The notes under the pieces: generated by a model
Seen by the model: only the letters and a program-made list of their open reading frames with translations
Database searches by the model: none
What the model was told of the DNA's origin: nothing
Assembly: GCF_000039765.1 (NCBI RefSeq)
Contig: NC_004459.3
Coordinates: 480,001-512,000 of the forward strand
Reading direction: 5' to 3'
DNA: 32,000 nt
From: Vibrio vulnificus CMCP6
Lineage (GTDB): Bacteria; Pseudomonadota; Gammaproteobacteria; Enterobacterales; Vibrionaceae
Shown: in pieces, positions 1 to 8,251 of the stretch
How the letters are laid out: each line of letters starts with the position of its first letter
How positions within the stretch are numbered: position 1 is the first letter of the stretch
Translations under genes and position numbers: made by a program

Positions 1-290
1 ATCTTATCGCACAAGTTAAACATCGCGCCCATGGCTGAGGAGAGCTGTACATCACCACCAATACCGCTCACTTTGGGCAAACGATCCAGCATTTCGCTGA
101 GTTTTGAACGTAGGTGAGTGACATCCACATTTAAGATGGTCAGCAGTGGACGAATAGGGCTGCCGTTTTGATCAAGCAGCGCCACCATTAAGTGAACAGG
201 TTCAATGTATTGATGATCGCGCCCTAACGCCAATGATTGTGCATCAGAGATAGCGATTTGAAATTTGCTGGTAAATCGATCAAGACGCAT
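1..290 (-). CDS. clpB: ATP-dependent disaggregase ClpB, N-terminal part; gene runs off the left edge
   Basis: Manual minus-strand translation from ATG (288-290): [50 protein letters not shown]..., typical ClpB N-domain. SD-like AGGAAGG precedes it. Missing from the ORF track because it is truncated. Confidence 0.96.
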   Translation of the reverse strand, partial: MRLDRFTSKFQIAISDAQSLALGRDHQYIEPVHLMVALLDQNGSPIRPLLTILNVDVTHLRSKLSEMLDRLPKVSGIGGDVQLSSAMGAMFNLCDK

Positions 291-338
291 AGCTACCTTC
301 CTAACCTCAACTGAAGTAAATTCTTTAATCAGTATGAA

Positions 339-367
339 AGATGGCTACGCAAAAATCGTTTTTCAAG
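339..367 (-). promoter_or_regulatory. Sigma32-type heat-shock promoter for clpB
   Basis: Minus strand CTTGAAA (361-367) - 14 nt - AGCCATCT (339-346), against consensus CTTGAAA-N11-16-CCCCATnT. Confidence 0.8.
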
Positions 368-406
368 GGGGAATTAAAAACTAACGCTCGGTAAATTAAA
401 CTGACG

Positions 407-1123
407 TTATTCAAACCAGATAAAGCTCGCTTGACGTCCAGTGACACCTTCGCGACGGTAAGAATAGAAGCGTGAATCTTGATAGGTACACAATTCAGAA
501 GAGTAAATCGCCTCAACCCCTATTGAAGAGAGACGAATACGCGCCAGCTGATCCATATCAGCCAACCACTTATTTGGTGTGATATGAGTAGAAAACGCAT
601 TCACTGCTTGAGGGTGTTGTTGGCAAAAAGCCTCCACCACATCCTCTCCGACTTCAAAAGCCTGAGGACCGATCGCAGGGCCAAGCCAAATCAGCACATC
701 TTGTGAAAAGTGACGAAGTGCTTCCTCAACGATCCCGCCCGCCAAACCACGCCAACCCGCATGCACGGCGGCAACTTGCGTCCCTGAGGTATTGGTGATT
801 AAAACGGGTAAACAATCGGCAGTCATCGCACTGCAAACGACATCAGAGGAATGAGTAAAAACCCCATCAGCATCAAGGATTACTTCGGTTGGTCCTGTTG
901 CTTCAATCACCGTCGTAGAATGAGTTTGATTGAGCCAAATCGGTGCACTCGGCATCTGAGCCTGTTCGGCTAACCATTGACGATTTCTCATTACTATTGA
1001 AAAATCATCCCCAACATGTGTGCCTAAGTTCAAACCAGTGTAAACACCCGTCGAATAGCCACCTTGGCGAGTCGACGATAATGCTTTGACATTCTTAGGC
1101 GCAGGCCAGTTGGGGATAAGCAT
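407..1123 (-). CDS. pgeF: Peptidoglycan editing factor PgeF / YfiH family polyphenol oxidase-like (laccase domain)
   Basis: ORF 407..1126. Motifs HSTTVIE, ADCLPVLI, HAGWRGLAGGI and the rluD-pgeF-clpB order. The first codon in the track is TTG (1124-1126); the following ATG (1121-1123) is the likelier start. Confidence 0.93.
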   Translation of the reverse strand: MLIPNWPAPKNVKALSSTRQGGYSTGVYTGLNLGTHVGDDFSIVMRNRQWLAEQAQMPSAPIWLNQTHSTTVIEATGPTEVILDADGVFTHSSDVVCSAMTADCLPVLITNTSGTQVAAVHAGWRGLAGGIVEEALRHFSQDVLIWLGPAIGPQAFEVGEDVVEAFCQQHPQAVNAFSTHITPNKWLADMDQLARIRLSSIGVEAIYSSELCTYQDSRFYSYRREGVTGRQASFIWFE

Positions 1124-1126
1124 CAA

Positions 1127-2104
1127 TCAGTACTCGTCTGGTAAACCATGCTCTTGTGCATCACGACGTAAAGTTTCAGTCAACTCAACCATATCGTCTG
1201 GCACCGGCGCATGGAACTCCATCTCTTCACCTGTGATCGGATGCTCAAAGCGCAGCATCACTGCATGAAGCGCTTGGCGATCAAAGTTTCGGATCATTGC
1301 CGTAACGTCTTCAGAAGCGCCCGCTGGAATTCGAGCACGCCCACCGTAAGCCGCATCACCTAATAATGGATGTTGTAGGTAAGACATATGCACACGAATC
1401 TGGTGAGTACGGCCAGTTTCAAGACGCAAACGGATACGCGTGTGCTCTCGGAAATGCTCCGCCACTCGGAAATGCGTCACAGCAGGCTTACCCATGGGGC
1501 TCACCGCCATTAAGGTACGTTTTGTTGCATGGCGGCCAATCGGTTTATCGACTTTGCCCCCCGCCGTCATTCGGCCAATGGCAATGGCTTCGTATTCACG
1601 CGTAATATTGCGTTTTTGAAGAGCACGCACCAAACGTGTTTGTGCCGGTACGGTTTTCGCCACAACCATCAGACCCGTGGTGTCTTTGTCCAAACGGTGA
1701 ACAATACCTGCACGCGGCACTTCCGCCACTTCAGGACAATGGAACAACAATGCGTTTAACACTGTACCGTCTGGCGTACCAGCCCCTGGGTGGACGACAA
1801 AATCACGAGGCTTATTGATCACTAAGATATCGTCATCTTCATAGACAATATCCAGTGGAATATCTTGCGCTTCCCAGCGCACTTCATCTTCCAGCTCGGC
1901 CAAAACAGTAATCACTTCCCCACCCATTACTTTCGTTCTAGGTTTGGTGACTACGTTACCGTCCACTGTGACTTTTCCGTCAAGCAACCATTCTTTCAGG
2001 CGCGAGCGAGAAAAGTCAGCGAACAACTCTGCGATAGCTTGATCTAGGCGTTGGCCTAATTGGCTATCTTTTACGGTATTTGTTAATTCAATCTGCTGAG
2101 CCAT
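1127..2104 (-). CDS. rluD: 23S rRNA pseudouridine(1911/1915/1917) synthase RluD
   Basis: S4 domain at the N-terminus followed by HRLDKDTTGLMVVAKT, the RluA-family catalytic motif. Confidence 0.95.
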   Translation of the reverse strand: MAQQIELTNTVKDSQLGQRLDQAIAELFADFSRSRLKEWLLDGKVTVDGNVVTKPRTKVMGGEVITVLAELEDEVRWEAQDIPLDIVYEDDDILVINKPRDFVVHPGAGTPDGTVLNALLFHCPEVAEVPRAGIVHRLDKDTTGLMVVAKTVPAQTRLVRALQKRNITREYEAIAIGRMTAGGKVDKPIGRHATKRTLMAVSPMGKPAVTHFRVAEHFREHTRIRLRLETGRTHQIRVHMSYLQHPLLGDAAYGGRARIPAGASEDVTAMIRNFDRQALHAVMLRFEHPITGEEMEFHAPVPDDMVELTETLRRDAQEHGLPDEY

Positions 2105-2240
2105 ATCGAACTTTTTTAAAAACTGTGAGACTAATGCTCACTACTGTGGAAAAATAGTGTATTGCAACATTGTATCTGTTACTGACAAGAAAGTAACGGA
2201 AGCTTAAGAAATATTTAGAATCAAGGAATCGACTCCTGAC

Positions 2241-2966
2241 ATGAAACACCATACTTTAGCAGGCCTGCTCGCGGTATCAGTGTTGTTTGGCTGTTCAAGC
2301 AGTGAACAAATTGTGCCGGATGTGCCACCAGCAGAGCTGTATGCAGAAGCACAAACCTCTCTTCAAGGAGGAAACTGGCTCACAGCGATTGAGAAACTAG
2401 AAGCGCTAGATTCCCGCTACCCTTTTGGTGCTTACTCAGAACAAGTACAACTTGATTTGATTTACGCCTATTACAAGAACGATGATTTGGCTTTGGGTCT
2501 GGCGACCATTTCGCGTTTTACGCGTTTAAATCCAACACACGAAAAAATGGACTGGGTGCTGTACATGCGTGGTCTCACCCATATGGCACAAGATCGTAAC
2601 TTCATGCACGACTTGTTTAACATTGATCGTAGCGATCGCGATCCTGAGCCAGTCAAACAAGCTTTTGATGATTTCAAAAAACTGCTTGAGCGCTATCCAA
2701 ACAGCCCATATGCGGAAGATTCTCAAAAACGCATGTTTGCTCTTAAAAACCGTTTAGCAGAATATGATCTAGCAACCGCCGATTACTATCTGCGTCGTGA
2801 AGCTTGGATTGCAGCCATCAATCGTTCTCAGGAGTTGCAGAAAACCTATCCAGATACCATCGCTGCGAGAAAATCACTCAAAATCCAGCTTGAGGCGTAT
2901 AAACAATTAGGTTTACAAGATGCCATCGCACGCACTGAAGAGTTGATACGTCTGAATCCGCTCTAA
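2241..2966 (+). CDS. bamD: Outer membrane protein assembly factor BamD (YfiO)
   Basis: Lipoprotein signal VLFGCSSS, TPR-like protein SLQGGNWLTAIEKLEALDSRYPFG, placed divergent from rluD. Confidence 0.95.
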   Translation: MKHHTLAGLLAVSVLFGCSSSEQIVPDVPPAELYAEAQTSLQGGNWLTAIEKLEALDSRYPFGAYSEQVQLDLIYAYYKNDDLALGLATISRFTRLNPTHEKMDWVLYMRGLTHMAQDRNFMHDLFNIDRSDRDPEPVKQAFDDFKKLLERYPNSPYAEDSQKRMFALKNRLAEYDLATADYYLRREAWIAAINRSQELQKTYPDTIAARKSLKIQLEAYKQLGLQDAIARTEELIRLNPL

Positions 2967-2988
2967 TGCCACGATGACAAGAAACACA

Positions 2989-3014
2989 AAACGCCGCTAT
3001 ACAGCGGCGTTTTT
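2989..3014 (+). terminator. Rho-independent terminator downstream of bamD
   Basis: AACGCCGCT-ATAC-AGCGGCGTT followed by TTTT (9-bp stem). Confidence 0.88.
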
Positions 3015-3025
3015 ATATGAATCAT

Positions 3026-3041
3026 AGTGACAAAGATCACA
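3026..3041. promoter_or_regulatory. CRP-like palindrome, distal
   Basis: AGTGA-CAAAGA-TCACA, 9 of 10 core consensus bases of TGTGA-N6-TCACA. Confidence 0.45.
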
Positions 3042-3233
3042 AATCGATATTGGTTACTTTTTGATACAACTCGTTATTTAAGCTGAACAACTCCCCTGAA
3101 AACCAGTTGAATTTCAGCCATCTACTCTACCCAATCTACTGTTTTCCTATCGAAGCACAAGCTTTTTTCAAAGAAAAAACGACAAGGCTTGCGAAAGATC
3201 ACATTCCTCTTGAACAATAAAAAACGCCCACCA

Positions 3234-3255
3234 AAATGTGATTTATATCACACTC
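3234..3255. promoter_or_regulatory. CRP binding site upstream of raiA
   Basis: AAATGTGATTTATATCACACTC contains perfect TGTGA-N6-TCACA (3237-3252). Confidence 0.8.
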
Positions 3256-3318
3256 TTTTATCCTTAAAATCGTAATCTGGAGTCAACCCATGAGGGATGC
3301 AACAGAGGAAACGCATTT

Positions 3319-3642
3319 ATGAAACTAAACATCACTGGTAAAAACATCGAAATCACCTCTGCTATCCGCAATCACATTGAGAGCAAATTTAAAAAGCTAG
3401 AAAAATGGCAAACCGACATTATTAGTTGTCAAACGACCTTTAGTGAAGAACCTGGAAAACAGATGAAGTTCGAGGCCGTGATTAAGGTTCCTAAAGGACA
3501 GCTAATTGCTTCCGCGATTCATGAAGATCTATACGCAGCCATCAACGAGGTGGAACAAAAACTAGAACGACAATTGAACAAACTGCAACATAAGCCTGAT
3601 GCACGTCGAGCTGAAAAACCAGAAGTCGTAGAAGAAGAGTAA
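3319..3642 (+). CDS. raiA: Ribosome hibernation/translation inhibitor RaiA (YfiA/HPF family)
   Basis: MKLNITGKNIEITSAIRNHIESKFKKLEKW; 107 aa; SD AGAGGAA 8 nt upstream. Confidence 0.93.
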   Translation: MKLNITGKNIEITSAIRNHIESKFKKLEKWQTDIISCQTTFSEEPGKQMKFEAVIKVPKGQLIASAIHEDLYAAINEVEQKLERQLNKLQHKPDARRAEKPEVVEEE

Positions 3643-3662
3643 TCAACAACCAGATTGAGGGA

Positions 3663-3688
3663 ATGGCGCCAAAAGGCGCCATTTTTTT
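3663..3688 (+). terminator. Rho-independent terminator downstream of raiA
   Basis: ATGGCGCC-AAAA-GGCGCCAT followed by a T-run. Confidence 0.92.
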
Positions 3689-3690
3689 GC

Positions 3691-3719
3691 TTGACGCTCA
3701 ATGCTGGCTTGCTTATTGT
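3691..3719 (+). promoter_or_regulatory. Candidate sigma70 promoter of the pheL-pheA leader transcript
   Basis: TTGACG (3691-3696) - 17 nt - TATTGT (3714-3719), just after the raiA terminator. Confidence 0.65.
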
Positions 3720-3748
3720 GTTCCCACATTCACAAAAGTTTACTATTT

Positions 3749-3796
3749 ATGCAAATCCACTCTCTGTTTAGTTTTGACTTCTTTTTTCTTCGATAG
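3749..3796 (+). CDS. pheL: pheA leader peptide (attenuation), MQIHSLFSFDFFFLR
   Basis: 15-aa ORF with 5 Phe codons directly upstream of a terminator and pheA; too short for the supplied ORF track. Confidence 0.88.
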   Translation: MQIHSLFSFDFFFLR

Positions 3797-3841
3797 CGGA
3801 GGGGCTAACTCGTTTGTGAAAGAAAAGTCAAAAACAAACAG

Positions 3842-3869
3842 AAAGCCTCCCACATCGGGGGGCTTTTTT
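3842..3869 (+). terminator. Attenuator terminator in the pheA leader
   Basis: AAAGCCTCCC-ACATC-GGGGGGCTTTTTT. The stem can alternatively pair with GGAGGGGCT (3798-3806). Confidence 0.88.
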
Positions 3870-3885
3870 ATTAAGGAAATGAGCG

Positions 3886-5064
3886 ATGACTGAACAGCCA
3901 CTTTCTCTCGATGAGATTCGTTTGCGATTAAATGATTTAGATGACCAACTACTCAGCTTGCTCTCTGAGCGTCGCAAGCTCAGCATTGAAGTTGCTAAAA
4001 GCAAAGTTGAAACCTCGAAACCAGTCAGAGACGCCTCGCGTGAACAACAATTACTGGTAAAACTGATCACCAATGGCCGTGAGAAATATCAGCTCGACGC
4101 TCAGTACATCACCAAGCTGTTCCATACCATTATTGAAGATTCGGTGCTGCTACAGCAATCGTACCTGCAAAACCTGCTCAACCCTGAGCAGAGCAGAAAG
4201 CCTCTCGCTCGAGTCGCATTTCTAGGCTCTAAGGGCTCCTACTCGCATCTGGCAAGCCGTGAGTACTTTAGTCGCAAAAACACTGAACTGATCGAACTCA
4301 ATTGCGATCACTTCAAAGAAGTCACCCAAACCGTGGAATCGGGCCACGCAGATTTTGGCGTTTTGCCGATTGAAAACACCAGTTCAGGCTCGATCAACGA
4401 AGTTTACGATTTACTGCAACATACCACGCTCTACATCGTTGGCGAGCTGACGCAACCCATTGAGCATTGCCTAGTGGCCACCAAAGATGTGCGTCTCGAA
4501 GAAATAAAAGTGCTTTACTCTCATCCACAGCCTCATCAGCAATGCAGCGAGTTTTTGGGCCGTCTTAAAGGCGTTACCCTCAAATCGTGCGCGAGCACTG
4601 CCGATGCGATGAAGAAAGTACAAGAGCTAAACCGTGATGATGTGGCGGCGATTGGCAACGCATCCAGTGGCAAACTTTACGGGCTGCAACCGATTCAGGG
4701 CAACATCGCCAACCAAACGGAGAACCACACACGTTTTATTGTCGTGGCACGTAAGCCAGTTGAAGTGTCCGCGCAGATCCCAGCCAAGACCACACTGATC
4801 ATGTCTACCTCGCAAAAGGCGGGTTCGTTGGTGGAAACCTTGTTGGTGTTACAACGCTATGGCATCAACATGACCAAGCTAGAATCGCGTCCTATCATGG
4901 GCAACCCTTGGGAAGAAATGTTCTATGTCGATCTCGAAGCACATCTTGATTCTGAAGAGATGCAACTGGCCCTTGGAGAACTCACTAAGATCACCAAACA
5001 TCTGAAAGTGCTTGGTTGCTACCCAAGTGAAAACGTTAAACCCACCCAAGTTAAACTGAGCTAA
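3886..5064 (+). CDS. pheA: Bifunctional chorismate mutase / prephenate dehydratase
   Basis: N-terminal chorismate mutase LDEIRLRLNDLDDQLLSLLSERRKLSIEVAKSK, prephenate dehydratase VAFLGSKGSYSHLASREYF, ACT-domain ESRP motif. Confidence 0.97.
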   Translation: MTEQPLSLDEIRLRLNDLDDQLLSLLSERRKLSIEVAKSKVETSKPVRDASREQQLLVKLITNGREKYQLDAQYITKLFHTIIEDSVLLQQSYLQNLLNPEQSRKPLARVAFLGSKGSYSHLASREYFSRKNTELIELNCDHFKEVTQTVESGHADFGVLPIENTSSGSINEVYDLLQHTTLYIVGELTQPIEHCLVATKDVRLEEIKVLYSHPQPHQQCSEFLGRLKGVTLKSCASTADAMKKVQELNRDDVAAIGNASSGKLYGLQPIQGNIANQTENHTRFIVVARKPVEVSAQIPAKTTLIMSTSQKAGSLVETLLVLQRYGINMTKLESRPIMGNPWEEMFYVDLEAHLDSEEMQLALGELTKITKHLKVLGCYPSENVKPTQVKLS

Positions 5065-5073
5065 AAGTACAGA

Positions 5074-5625
5074 ATGAGCAAAAAGATCATGGCAACTCAA
5101 AAAGTCATTATTGCTTCGCTGAACCCAGCCAAAATCACCGCAGTGGAAAGCGCGTTCACAAGCGCCTTTCCCAACGGTACCTTTGAGTTTGTGGGAGTGA
5201 ATGTCCCTAGTGAAGTGGCCGATCAGCCAATGAGCGACAGCGAAACTCACCTTGGTGCTCTTAATCGAGTCAGAAATGCTAAGGCTTGCCGAGCAGACGG
5301 TGCATTTTATGTTGGTTTGGAGGCGGGCATTGATGGTAACGTCACCTTCGCTTGGACGGTGATTGAATCTCACACTCATCGTGGCGAATCTCGTTCAGCC
5401 AGTTTGATGTTGCCACCGAATGTCATTGCCAAATTGGCCAATGCAAACGAGCTGGGTGATGTGATGGATGAGGTGTTTGGCACCGAGAATATTAAACAAA
5501 AAGGTGGAGCGATCAGTTTATTGACGCAAAACCAGCTCACTCGTAGCTCGGTCTACCATCAAGCGTTAATCTTAGCCTTAATTCCTTTTACCAATCCTGA
5601 GCATTTCCCTGCCAATTTAAGCTAG
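5074..5625 (+). CDS. yjjX: Inosine/xanthosine triphosphatase (YjjX family)
   Basis: KVIIASLNPAKITAVESAF, YVGLEAGID; neighbour of trpR as in E. coli. An internal ATG at 5089 (MATQKV...) is an alternative start. Confidence 0.9.
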   Translation: MSKKIMATQKVIIASLNPAKITAVESAFTSAFPNGTFEFVGVNVPSEVADQPMSDSETHLGALNRVRNAKACRADGAFYVGLEAGIDGNVTFAWTVIESHTHRGESRSASLMLPPNVIAKLANANELGDVMDEVFGTENIKQKGGAISLLTQNQLTRSSVYHQALILALIPFTNPEHFPANLS

Positions 5626-5642
5626 GATGGGAACTCAAGAGC

Positions 5643-5670
5643 AAAAAAGGCGGTATCAACCGCCTTTTTT
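5643..5670. terminator. Bidirectional terminator between yjjX and trpR, overlapping the trpR 3' end
   Basis: AAAAAAGGCGGT-ATCA-ACCGCCTTTTTT, A- and T-tracts on opposite sides. Confidence 0.93.
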
Positions 5671-5964
5671 CGTCCCTTCCAATAACTGATTCAAGCGCGC
5701 TTTATCTTCATCTGACTTTAACTTCAGCTCATTGGAACCTCGAGTAATGGTCGCAATACCAACGCCCAACATTTGGCTGATTTGTCGCTGGGAAAGCTCG
5801 CCTTTCAATAACTCACGAACGATGTTCACTCTAGACACTAAAGCTTCACGTTCGTCAGGCGTCATCAGCATCGTCAATAACATATCATGCTGCTTTTGTT
5901 CGACACTGTGCTTGACCAAATCCACAATTTGTTGCCAGTCTGTATATTCTGGTTGTTGCGACAT
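5656..5964 (-). CDS. trpR: Trp operon repressor TrpR
   Basis: MLTMLMTPDEREALVSRVNIVRELLKGELSQRQISQMLGVGIATITRGSNELK, the TrpR HTH signature. Confidence 0.95.
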   Translation of the reverse strand: MSQQPEYTDWQQIVDLVKHSVEQKQHDMLLTMLMTPDEREALVSRVNIVRELLKGELSQRQISQMLGVGIATITRGSNELKLKSDEDKARLNQLLEGTKKGG

Positions 5965-5979
5965 TACTCTTTACCTATC

Positions 5980-7935
5980 TCAGTATTTAGTCTCAAGCTC
6001 ATGCTGATTTAGGAACGCACCATCTACCCCGAGAATGTCTCGATAATAGGTTTCAAACATCAGGATATTTTGTACATACCCACGCGTTTCTTTAAATGGA
6101 ATGGCTTCAATGAACGCGTACGCATCCAATTTCCCGCCAGTACGTTCACGCCAGCTTTTTACTCGATGTGGACCTGCATTATAAGCGGCAAACGCAAAAA
6201 TTCGATTATTATCGTACTGTTCCAATAAACCATTGAGATAATGGCTGCCAATTTCGATGTTCTTACCGACTTGGTATAAGTCATCAGAACCTTCATAGCT
6301 CAATTGATACTTCTTTGCTGTGTACTTCGCAGTGGACGGCATAATTTGCATGATACCGCGAGCCCCCACAGGAGAGGTGGCTTCTGCGTCCATACCGCTC
6401 TCTTGACGGGCAAGTGACATCAACATGATAGGATCAATATCGTGCTTCTCAGCATAGAAGTTGAACCACCAGCGATGCGCCACCGGAAAACGAATTTCCA
6501 TGTTGTCCCACATTTGCGCCGCAATGCTGGCGGTCACCGTCAAATGATACCAACGCTTAGAGGCCGCATAGACCGCAAGCATGCCTTGAGTTTGTTCGTC
6601 ACTGCGAGATAACAGGTATTGCCACTCGCTTTTTGCCGCGGCAATTTTGTCTAGCGCAATCAATTCTTCGATACGCGCTAATGAACGACGATAAGGTTCA
6701 ACCAAGCTGCTATCCAACTTCAATGTGGAGGTAGGATAATTAATAGACTGCCCGATCTCTTTCGCTGCCGCGACACTATAAAAATTACGTTGGCCAACCA
6801 GTTTACTCAGTCGCAGCTTCCCTTGGGTTGCTTTGCCCATTTCAATTTCACTGCGCCCCAACCAATATTGCCAACGCAATGAGTTTCGATGTTCATCATC
6901 CAACTGAGCAACCCAGCTTTGCACGCCTTTCCAATCCGCCTGTTGTAACGCAAGACGAATTCGGCGCTCAATGAGGTTTTGCTTATGTGATTTTTTCAGC
7001 ACTGCATCACGCCACTGAGCCAGCGCTTCCGATTCGGTATTAATCAAACGGAAAGCCAAATATTCGGCCGATTCCTGAGCCTGTACCGATGAAAACTTTT
7101 GAGCTTTGATGACCTGTGCGTACTGCTCTTGAGCACGTTTGATATCTTTACGTGCCAGTTTCTCTAGTGCTAGCTCAGTTTGCTTACGATAAAATTCATT
7201 GGCTTTATGCTGCTTGGCAAACTCCAACACCGACTCAGGACGATTGAACAGCGCTTTCATCTCTTGGGCTTGCTTTTTCGCTTGGCTACTTTTCGGCAAT
7301 TTCAGCAAATAAGTCATTAACTTGCTGTTTTTCTGCTCAAACGCAAGCAACATACGTTGCAAAATCAGGTTGTCGGTTCGTCCTCCCGCCTGCTCCCAAA
7401 CCGTAAACAAATGATCACACTCATCCGCAATTTCTAATCCGCTTAGCCATAATTGCTCTGCGCCTTGATAGGCCAGTTTTTTCTGCCCTTGATTGTATTG
7501 CGCGTAGTAATAAATACATTGATAACTTTCGCCTCTCGGCTCTTGCTGCTGAAATGACACCACCTCAGACCATGCTTGTTGGCGATATAAAGCATCAAGA
7601 TATGGCGCGCGAATACGTTGGGAAAACGGGTAATCACGGCTTTGAGTGATAAATTGCTCCACTTCTGTTGGCGATTTTTTTGACAGCTGCGCCAGGAAAA
7701 AACGGTAATCGAGATAAGGCGTAAGAGCATAGTCGTCCAGTTGAGAACGCACTTGTACATAGGCCTCATCGTTTTTGTCATCCAACAGTTTTTGCGCTTG
7801 TTCATACAAGGCGCGCTGTTTTTCTAATGTCACCACATCCGCAGCACTGACATTCATCGCCACGCCACACAACGCTGCCATCAGCCATTTTGTGGCCGAC
7901 TCTCTCCCAATATTTTTTAAATTCATTCGCGTCAT
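5980..7935 (-). CDS. slt: Soluble lytic murein transglycosylase
   Basis: C-terminal SLT domain MLMSLARQESGMDAEATSPVGARGIMQIMPSTA...FAAYNAGPHRVKSW; slt-trpR order. Confidence 0.93.
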   Translation of the reverse strand: MTRMNLKNIGRESATKWLMAALCGVAMNVSAADVVTLEKQRALYEQAQKLLDDKNDEAYVQVRSQLDDYALTPYLDYRFFLAQLSKKSPTEVEQFITQSRDYPFSQRIRAPYLDALYRQQAWSEVVSFQQQEPRGESYQCIYYYAQYNQGQKKLAYQGAEQLWLSGLEIADECDHLFTVWEQAGGRTDNLILQRMLLAFEQKNSKLMTYLLKLPKSSQAKKQAQEMKALFNRPESVLEFAKQHKANEFYRKQTELALEKLARKDIKRAQEQYAQVIKAQKFSSVQAQESAEYLAFRLINTESEALAQWRDAVLKKSHKQNLIERRIRLALQQADWKGVQSWVAQLDDEHRNSLRWQYWLGRSEIEMGKATQGKLRLSKLVGQRNFYSVAAAKEIGQSINYPTSTLKLDSSLVEPYRRSLARIEELIALDKIAAAKSEWQYLLSRSDEQTQGMLAVYAASKRWYHLTVTASIAAQMWDNMEIRFPVAHRWWFNFYAEKHDIDPIMLMSLARQESGMDAEATSPVGARGIMQIMPSTAKYTAKKYQLSYEGSDDLYQVGKNIEIGSHYLNGLLEQYDNNRIFAFAAYNAGPHRVKSWRERTGGKLDAYAFIEAIPFKETRGYVQNILMFETYYRDILGVDGAFLNQHELETKY

Positions 7936-8251
7936 ATCCCCAGACGTTTTTTACCGCTCATTGCCCATAAGGGTATTAGGGCCAAATAACTCACGATATG
8001 CATCCAATTACACCGTTCTGTTATAGTGTTGTAAAGATGACAGATGTAAATAATAGTGATTTCATTTTAATGAAACACAGTTACACACTAATGCGGTCAT
8101 CGTGTTGTCAATTTTATTCATTTGCAGGCCAATCTCTGTGAGCAGAATAGTGTGGAATGGCCACTGAATTTCTCCTTGGACAGTAACAAATCCTCAGCAG
8201 TTGATATAAAATACCGCCTCTATGTGGATTTAAAATTAGGAACGATCGGCA

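Noticed and set aside
3663-3893. 76-aa plus-strand ORF spanning the pheA leader
   Set aside because: It reads through the raiA terminator, promoter and attenuator hairpins; the Phe-rich 15-aa ORF in another frame explains the region better.
4879-5379. 166-aa minus-strand ORF antisense to pheA/yjjX
   Set aside because: Lies wholly opposite two confidently identified genes; no recognisable domain and low-complexity shadow-ORF character.
5965-5979. Expected TrpR operator immediately upstream of trpR
   Set aside because: The slt-trpR gap is only 15 nt and contains no recognisable GTACTAGTTAACTAGTAC-like palindrome, so no autoregulatory site is claimed.
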